Source of the DNA: an uncultured Bacteroidales bacterium | GTDB lineage: Bacteria > Bacteroidota > Bacteroidia > Bacteroidales > UBA932 | Assembly (NCBI GenBank): GCA_900316245.1 | Contig: ONCE01000011.1 | Span: 1,827-65,826, forward strand | Direction: 5' to 3' | DNA: 64,000 nt | In this document: positions 58,329 through 64,000 of the stretch, one piece after another | Layout of the letters: each line of letters opens with the position of its first letter | How positions within the stretch are numbered: position 1 is the first letter of the stretch | The notes under the pieces: generated by a model | The model's database searches: none | The model's input: the letters and a program-made list of their open reading frames with translations, nothing else | Told to the model about the DNA's origin: nothing | Program-made: the position numbers and the translations under genes

Positions 58329-60872
58329 ATGAAAAGATTGTTCCTTTTCCTCAGCACAGCTGCGTTACTGATCTCCTGTACGGAGAAGTATTACGTAACG
58401 GATTACAAGGCCCGCCTGGCCGAGAACGGCGGCACCTTGACCCAGTTTATGACCCTTCCCGGAGGCCTGTCCCGCGAAGAGACGGAGGCCCTGCAGTTCC
58501 TCTATGCCTATATGCCTCTGGCCGATGTTACGGATTACCCTACGGAGTTCTATGTCCAGAACGTGAAGATGACCCTGGCTACCCGGGACGAGATGGGCTG
58601 GAACGTGCCGGAGCGGGAGTTCCGCCACTTCGTGCTGCCCCTGCGCGTCAACAACGAGAGCCTGGACAACGCCCGTCTGGAATTTGCAGAGGAACTTAAG
58701 CCCCGCATCAAGGGGATGTCCATGGCCGAAGCCATCCTGGAGGTGAACCACTGGTGCCACGAGAAAGTGACCTACCAGCCCTCCGACGCCCGCACCAGTT
58801 CCCCGCTGAACCTGGTGAAAAACGCTTTGGGCCGTTGCGGCGAGCAGTCCACCTTTACGGTAGCCGCCCTTCGCAGCGTAGGCATCCCGGCCCGCCAGGT
58901 ATACACGCCCCGCTGGGCCCACACCGATGACAACCACGCCTGGGTAGAAGCCTGGGCCGACGGAGAGTGGCATTTTATAGGCGCCTGCGAGCCCGAACCC
59001 GTGCTGGATCTGGGCTGGTTCAACGCCCCCGCTTCCCGGGCGATGCTGATGCATACCAAGGTGTTCGGCAAGTACGACGGCCCCGAGGAAGTGGTGCTGG
59101 AAAGCCCCAACTACACGGAGGTGAACCTCATTGACAACTACGCCAAGACCGCCCGCATCGATTTCCAGGTGGTCTGGTCTCCGGACGCCCCCAACAAGGA
59201 TGCCGGCAAGCCGGTGGCAGGTGCCCGTGTGGACTTCTGCATCTACAACTACGCCGAGTTCTATCCGGCCGTTTCCAAGTACACGGACCAGGAAGGCCGG
59301 ACCTTCACCAGCGCCGGTCTGGGAGATATGCTGGTATGGGCCTCCTACGGCCATTCCTTTGGCTTTACCAAGGTAAGTTTCGGCAAGGATACCCAGGCCA
59401 CTATTACGCTCCAGTACTATGCCGGAGACAAATATGCTTCTCCCGTGGGGGTTAAGCAGTCCTTCACCATCGTTCCTCCGCCGGAGAACGTGAAACTTCC
59501 GGAAGTGACGCCCGAGCAGCGCGCCGCCAACGATGCCCGCTTTGCCTACGAAGACTCCCTCCGCCACGCCTACGAGGCCACCTTCCCCACCCAGGAAGAG
59601 GCCCTGGCATTTGTGCGTGAGCAGGGATACGATGACCGGATGGCCGACTACATTGTCAAGGCCAGAGGCAACGCCGGGACCATTAAGGAATTCCTGGCTG
59701 CCAACGGCCATTTTGAGCGCCGCGAAGAAGTGTTGAAATCGCTCAGCACCAAGGACCTGCACGACATTACGCCGGCCCTGCTGCAGGAATATTATACGGC
59801 CGAACCTTTCTTCGGAGCCCGCGTAGAGGATGAGTTCCTCACGGACTTTTACGACTATTTCCGCTCCGAGGAAGGCTCCGCAGCCGGCCAGCACAGCATC
59901 AGCCAGATCAAGGATCCCACCGTCTGGAGCATTCCTATGTCGCCCGAAGGCGTCTGGAAAGCCAAGATGGCAGACCCCCGCTCCCTGGATATCTATACGG
60001 TATCGCTCCTGCGCGCCCGCGGAAAGGACGCCCGCAAGAACCCCGTTACCGGTGTTTTGGAAGTTAGGGAAAACGGCGGCGACTGGCGCTCCCTGTCCAC
60101 TACGGGCGGCAAGGCCGATCCCAAGGGAACCCTCCGCCTCAACTATACCCCTTCGGCCAGCCTGGACAATCCCCATTACTACAGCCATTTCACCCTGTCC
60201 AAGATTGTGGACGGACGTCCCCGCCTGCTTTCCTTTGACGAAGGCGAGGTGGATATGGGCGGCGGCGTAGACTGGGCCCACGTGTTCAAGGAAGGCTACA
60301 AGCTGGATGAGGGCACTTACCTCCTGGTGTCCGGAAACCGTCTCTCAGATGGTTCCGTGCCCGTTACTATGGTGTTCTTCGCCATCGAAGAGGGTAAGGA
60401 GACCGTGGAGGACCTGGTCATTGGAGAGCCCACCGACGGCGCCCTTCCCGTGATTGGCAACTTTGACCCCGAGAGCAAGATTACCGTGAACGGAGAAAAG
60501 GTTTCCGTCCTGTCCCAGACCGGCCGCGGCTACTTTGTGCTGGGCCTGCTGGACGTGGGCAAGGAACCCACCAACCACGCCCTCCGCGACATTGCCGCCG
60601 CCCGCGAACAGCTGGAGGCCTGGGGTGCTCCCATTGTGCTCCTCTGCCCTTCCGAAGACGCCCTCGCACGCCTTCGCAAGGAAGAAAAAGAGGGCCGATA
60701 TGGGAAACTTCCCACTACGGTCCTCTTTGGAGTGGCTCCGGAGAGTCTGCTTAAAGGCGCTCGTCCGGTTGTGATCATTGCCGACAGCTTCGGCCGCGTA
60801 TTCTTCCGCAGCGAAGGCTATACCATCGGCATGGGCAATCAGCTTTCGGCCGCTTCTACAGCCTTGAAATAG
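58329..60872 (+). CDS. Transglutaminase-like superfamily lipoprotein 2 (paralog of the upstream gene)
   Basis: Lipoprotein signal MKRLFLFLSTAALLISC; GRCGEQS (Cys 58836-38), DNHAWVEAW, FIGACEP. Confidence 0.88.
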   Translation: MKRLFLFLSTAALLISCTEKYYVTDYKARLAENGGTLTQFMTLPGGLSREETEALQFLYAYMPLADVTDYPTEFYVQNVKMTLATRDEMGWNVPEREFRHFVLPLRVNNESLDNARLEFAEELKPRIKGMSMAEAILEVNHWCHEKVTYQPSDARTSSPLNLVKNALGRCGEQSTFTVAALRSVGIPARQVYTPRWAHTDDNHAWVEAWADGEWHFIGACEPEPVLDLGWFNAPASRAMLMHTKVFGKYDGPEEVVLESPNYTEVNLIDNYAKTARIDFQVVWSPDAPNKDAGKPVAGARVDFCIYNYAEFYPAVSKYTDQEGRTFTSAGLGDMLVWASYGHSFGFTKVSFGKDTQATITLQYYAGDKYASPVGVKQSFTIVPPPENVKLPEVTPEQRAANDARFAYEDSLRHAYEATFPTQEEALAFVREQGYDDRMADYIVKARGNAGTIKEFLAANGHFERREEVLKSLSTKDLHDITPALLQEYYTAEPFFGARVEDEFLTDFYDYFRSEEGSAAGQHSISQIKDPTVWSIPMSPEGVWKAKMADPRSLDIYTVSLLRARGKDARKNPVTGVLEVRENGGDWRSLSTTGGKADPKGTLRLNYTPSASLDNPHYYSHFTLSKIVDGRPRLLSFDEGEVDMGGGVDWAHVFKEGYKLDEGTYLLVSGNRLSDGSVPVTMVFFAIEEGKETVEDLVIGEPTDGALPVIGNFDPESKITVNGEKVSVLSQTGRGYFVLGLLDVGKEPTNHALRDIAAAREQLEAWGAPIVLLCPSEDALARLRKEEKEGRYGKLPTTVLFGVAPESLLKGARPVVIIADSFGRVFFRSEGYTIGMGNQLSAASTALK

Positions 60873-61630
60873 CGATAGCTGGATACTTTCACCTCGCCAA
60901 TGGAATTCTCGTCACAGACGATGGTTCCGGCGGGGTGATTTTGTAATCCGCTCAGGGTGCAATAGTGGCTCATAGGGCCTTCGATGGCATCCTTGAGGGC
61001 GCGTGCCTTCTTGGAACCGAAGGCCAGGATCACCACTTCCTTGGCGCTCAGCACGGTGGCCACGCCAACGGTGAGGGCCTGGGCGGGAACGGCCGAAGGA
61101 TCGTTGTTGAAGAAGCGGGCGTTGACCTCGCGGGTGTCCTGGGTAAGGGTTACCACGCGGGTGCGGCTCTGCAGGGAGGAGAAGGGCTCGTTGAAGGCAA
61201 TGTGGCCGTCTTCGCCCACACCGCCCAGGAACAGGTCAAAACCGCCGGCATCCACGATGGCTTTTTCGTAGGCGGCGCACTCGGCCTCTACGTCCTTGGC
61301 GTTGCCGTTGAGGATGTGGATGTTCTCGGGCTTCTCGTCAATGTGGTCGAAGAGGTTCTGGTGCATAAAGCTGTGATAGCTTTCCGGATGGCTCTCCGGC
61401 AGGCCCACATACTCGTCCATATTGAAGGAAATCACGTTCTTGAAAGAAACCTCGCCGGCCTTGACCATACGGATGAGTTCCTTGTAGGTTTCGATGGGCG
61501 TGGAGCCGGTGCAGAGACCGATCACGAAGGGCTTGTCCGTGACGGCGGCCTTCTCGTTGATGCGCTTGGCAATATAGTGGGCAGCCCAGAGGGAGCCTTC
61601 CTTGGCGTTGTCGCGAATGATAATTTTCAT
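60839..61630 (-). CDS. nagB: Glucosamine-6-phosphate deaminase
   Basis: GLCTGSTP, FNMDEYVGL, HPESYH, GGVGEDGHIAFNEP and SRTR motifs, all intact. Confidence 0.96.
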   Translation of the reverse strand: MKIIIRDNAKEGSLWAAHYIAKRINEKAAVTDKPFVIGLCTGSTPIETYKELIRMVKAGEVSFKNVISFNMDEYVGLPESHPESYHSFMHQNLFDHIDEKPENIHILNGNAKDVEAECAAYEKAIVDAGGFDLFLGGVGEDGHIAFNEPFSSLQSRTRVVTLTQDTREVNARFFNNDPSAVPAQALTVGVATVLSAKEVVILAFGSKKARALKDAIEGPMSHYCTLSGLQNHPAGTIVCDENSIGEVKVSSYRYFKAVEAAES

Positions 61631-61634
61631 AGTA

Positions 61635-63563
61635 TTAGTAGAGCTTTAAGAATACTTCAATGGCCTGATACTCTGCCATACCCAACTGGTCGTAGAGCTT
61701 GGCGGTGTTCTGGGTGCGCTCTTCGGCCCTCTGCCAGAACTCGCGGGGGTCTTCTCCCGGGAACGGCACAATGTCCTTCTGGGACAGGTGGCGGAAGATG
61801 GCGTGGCGTTTCATGATTACCTCGTCGGGGCTCAGCGGAACGGCCATATCTACACGGCCCAGTTCCCATTCCATCCAGGCGCCGCGGTACAGCCAGACGT
61901 GGGTGTCCTTGACCCAGGCGTTGCCGCCTTCTTCCTTGATCTGCTCCATGGCTTCCAGGGCGGCCTCGGTGCACACGCGGTGCGTTCCGTGAGGGTCGGC
62001 CAGGTCACCGGCCATAAAGATCATATGGGGTTTGAGCTTCTTGATGAGGTCTTTGATGATGTCCACATCGGCCTGGGTGCGCGGATTCTTCTTGATGCCG
62101 CCGCTCTCGTAGAACGGGAGGTTGAGGAAGTGGGCGTTGGTGTTGTCGTTGAGGCCGAAGGAACGCACGGCGCCGCGGGCTTCGGAGCGGCGGATGGCGC
62201 CTTTCATCTCCAGCAGGGCGCGGGGCTCGGGTTCGCCGGGACGCTTGCTCTCGACGAGCTTCTTGACCTCTGCAAACTTGTCTGCAAAGCCCAGCTGATA
62301 GGCGCAGTCCATATGCTGGAGCACCACGTCGTCGTGAACGGCCACGTTACCGGAGGTCTCGTAGGCCACGTGGACGTCGTGACCCTGGGAGGCCAGACGG
62401 ATGAAGGTACCGCCCATCGAAATCACATCGTCGTCCGGGTGCGGGGAGAAGATGAGGACGGTCTTGGGGAAGGGCTTGGCCGATACGGGGCGGGTGCTGT
62501 CGTCGGAATTGGGCTTTCCGCCGGGCCAGCCGGTGATGGTGTGCTGGAGGTCGTTGAAGACGTCGATGTTGATCTTGTCGTACTTGGCCACGGTTTCCAG
62601 CAGTTCGCTCAGGCCGTAGTTCTGATAGTCTTTTTCCGTGAGCTTGAGGATGGGCTTGCCGGTTTCCTGGCACAGCCAGACCACGGCCTTGCGGATGAAC
62701 TTGGGCGTCCAGTCGCAGGGACCCACCAGCCAGGGAGCCACGCTGCGGGTGAGCTGCTCGGCGGCGGCCTCGTCTACGTAGAAGGAGATGTGGTCGTGCT
62801 CCTGCAGCAGGGAAGCGGGGCAGTCAGTGGTGCAGGGGCCTTCGGAAATGGCCTTGACGGCGGCGGCTTTGTCCTCGCCCCAGGCCATCAGGATAATCTT
62901 CTTGGCCGTCAGCATGGTGCCGATACCTACCGTGATGGCCTTGTCCGGCGTGGCCATGATGTCCATATTGAAGTTGGAGGACTGGCGCTTGCGGGAGTTG
63001 TAGGAGAGGCGGACGGCACGGGTGCGGGTCTTTTCGTTGGCGCCGGCCTCGTTGAAGCCTACCTGACCCTTTTCACCTACGCCAATTACCAGCAGGTCCA
63101 GGTTGCGGGCCAGGGCGTCGAATTGGGCGCAGTACTCTCCCAGTTTTTCCTGGGGAACCGTTCCGTCGGGGATGTGGATGTTTTCCTTAAGGATGTCCAC
63201 TTTGTCCAGCAGACCGTCGTGCAGGCGGCGGTTGCGGCTCTGGGCGCCACCGGCCGAAGAAGGATAATACTCGTCAATGGAGACTACCTCCACGTTCTTG
63301 AACGAGACTTTACCGGCCTCGTAGCGGCGCGCAAGTTCGTTGTACAGGGACACGGGCGTGGCACCGGTGGTGAGTCCCAACCGGAACAGGCCGTCCTTGT
63401 GGGCATTGATGGCGTCGCAGATAATGTCGGCAATGGCGTAAGAGGCGGGGCGGGATTCCGGATACACGTGGGTCCAGATTTTCTCGTAGGTGTGGAGAAT
63501 GCCCTCCGGCAGGTTCTTGTCGATGAGCCCGCCTTCGTAAGGTAAAGTGAAATGTTTACTCAT
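61635..63563 (-). CDS. NagB-like domain fused to a PIG-L/LmbE-family deacetylase domain
   Basis: N-terminal GLTTGATP, SIDEYY, GVGEKGQVGFNE; C-terminal SPHPDDDVISMGG, DPHGTH, YRGAW, HLSQKD. Confidence 0.9.
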   Translation of the reverse strand: MSKHFTLPYEGGLIDKNLPEGILHTYEKIWTHVYPESRPASYAIADIICDAINAHKDGLFRLGLTTGATPVSLYNELARRYEAGKVSFKNVEVVSIDEYYPSSAGGAQSRNRRLHDGLLDKVDILKENIHIPDGTVPQEKLGEYCAQFDALARNLDLLVIGVGEKGQVGFNEAGANEKTRTRAVRLSYNSRKRQSSNFNMDIMATPDKAITVGIGTMLTAKKIILMAWGEDKAAAVKAISEGPCTTDCPASLLQEHDHISFYVDEAAAEQLTRSVAPWLVGPCDWTPKFIRKAVVWLCQETGKPILKLTEKDYQNYGLSELLETVAKYDKINIDVFNDLQHTITGWPGGKPNSDDSTRPVSAKPFPKTVLIFSPHPDDDVISMGGTFIRLASQGHDVHVAYETSGNVAVHDDVVLQHMDCAYQLGFADKFAEVKKLVESKRPGEPEPRALLEMKGAIRRSEARGAVRSFGLNDNTNAHFLNLPFYESGGIKKNPRTQADVDIIKDLIKKLKPHMIFMAGDLADPHGTHRVCTEAALEAMEQIKEEGGNAWVKDTHVWLYRGAWMEWELGRVDMAVPLSPDEVIMKRHAIFRHLSQKDIVPFPGEDPREFWQRAEERTQNTAKLYDQLGMAEYQAIEVFLKLY

Positions 63564-63565
63564 AG

Positions 63566-64000
63566 TTATTTGAGGATCTTTTGTATTCTAAGCAATTTGC
63601 CGTCTACCGGTTCCGGTCTTACCCCCAGGAGATGGCAGAGGAGGGGGTAAAGGTCCGTGTTGCGGAAGGAGGACTGTTCTCCCTCGGTGTAAGGGGCCTG
63701 GTAGTTCACCTTGAAGTCCGGGCCCACGGCGCGGAAGGCCACCATCATATCGGTTTCCTTGCAGTCGTAACCGTGCGTGCCGCCGTCCCGGCCATTGTTG
63801 AAGCCAAACTGCCAGCCCAGATCCGGGCACACGATGATGTCTCCTACGCGGTCGGAGGTGCCGTAGTTGAGGTATTCCGGGACTTCTCCCTTCTTCCAGA
63901 CGCGGATGTGCTCCACGTCCTTGAGGCTGTTGTAAACGGTATCCAGATAGCCTTCTTTGACCCAGAGGCTGGTGGGCGTGCTGCCCACGTGCCGCTCCAG
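63566..64000 (-). CDS. Alkaline phosphatase superfamily / nucleotide pyrophosphatase-phosphodiesterase (3' part; 5' end outside the window)
   Basis: RVGDIIVCPDLGW, GGTHGYD, MMVAFRAVGPDF and DLYPLLCHLLGV are typical of the NPP C-terminus. Confidence 0.85.
   Translation of the reverse strand: MERHVGSTPTSLWVKEGYLDTVYNSLKDVEHIRVWKKGEVPEYLNYGTSDRVGDIIVCPDLGWQFGFNNGRDGGTHGYDCKETDMMVAFRAVGPDFKVNYQAPYTEGEQSSFRNTDLYPLLCHLLGVRPEPVDGKLLRIQKILK

Noticed and set aside
56000-59400. Near-identical nucleotide blocks suggesting an assembly duplication
   Set aside because: The copies differ at many synonymous and non-synonymous sites and their C-terminal halves diverge; they are true paralogs.
50347-63545. 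Very long antisense ORFs (620, 732, 836, 638 and 585 aa)
   Set aside because: Each lies exactly opposite a confidently identified gene (dpp7, EF-G2, the transglutaminase-like pair, NagB-LmbE); a codon-bias artefact.

Overview
A 64 kb core-genome segment of a GC-rich Bacteroidales bacterium. Gene content, TAnnTTTG promoters and synteny point to Bacteroidota; a gut/rumen Rikenellaceae-RC9-like lineage is only an inference. It carries about 40 tightly packed housekeeping and envelope genes: sdhA/frdA (partial), ruvB, mfd, coaX-OMP-TPR-lptC, a PpiD/SurA-like chaperone, ychF, galK, mtaB, a TamB-like protein, tsaD, galM, folA, thyA, two NSS transporters, mutS, def, GT4-YfhO, mrp, an S46 peptidase, rnhB, EF-G2, two transglutaminase-fold lipoproteins, nagB and a NagB-LmbE fusion. 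I found no rRNA, tRNA, CRISPR array, transposase or prophage. The most interesting signals are: (1) a tandem pair of lipoproteins whose catalytic region resembles eukaryotic peptide:N-glycanase (Png1/NGLY1), next to GlcNAc catabolism genes; (2) a cluster of TTWTCAACA DnaA-box-like 9-mers between divergent ruvB and mfd, inside a GC trough, a candidate oriC; (3) a fixed-geometry bidirectional promoter, CAAAnnTA-N12-TAnnTTTG, at 4 of the 5 divergent gene pairs; (4) small palindromic elements, one inserted in frame inside mtaB; (5) a membrane-anchored peptide deformylase. All calls come from motif recognition by eye; no database searches were run.
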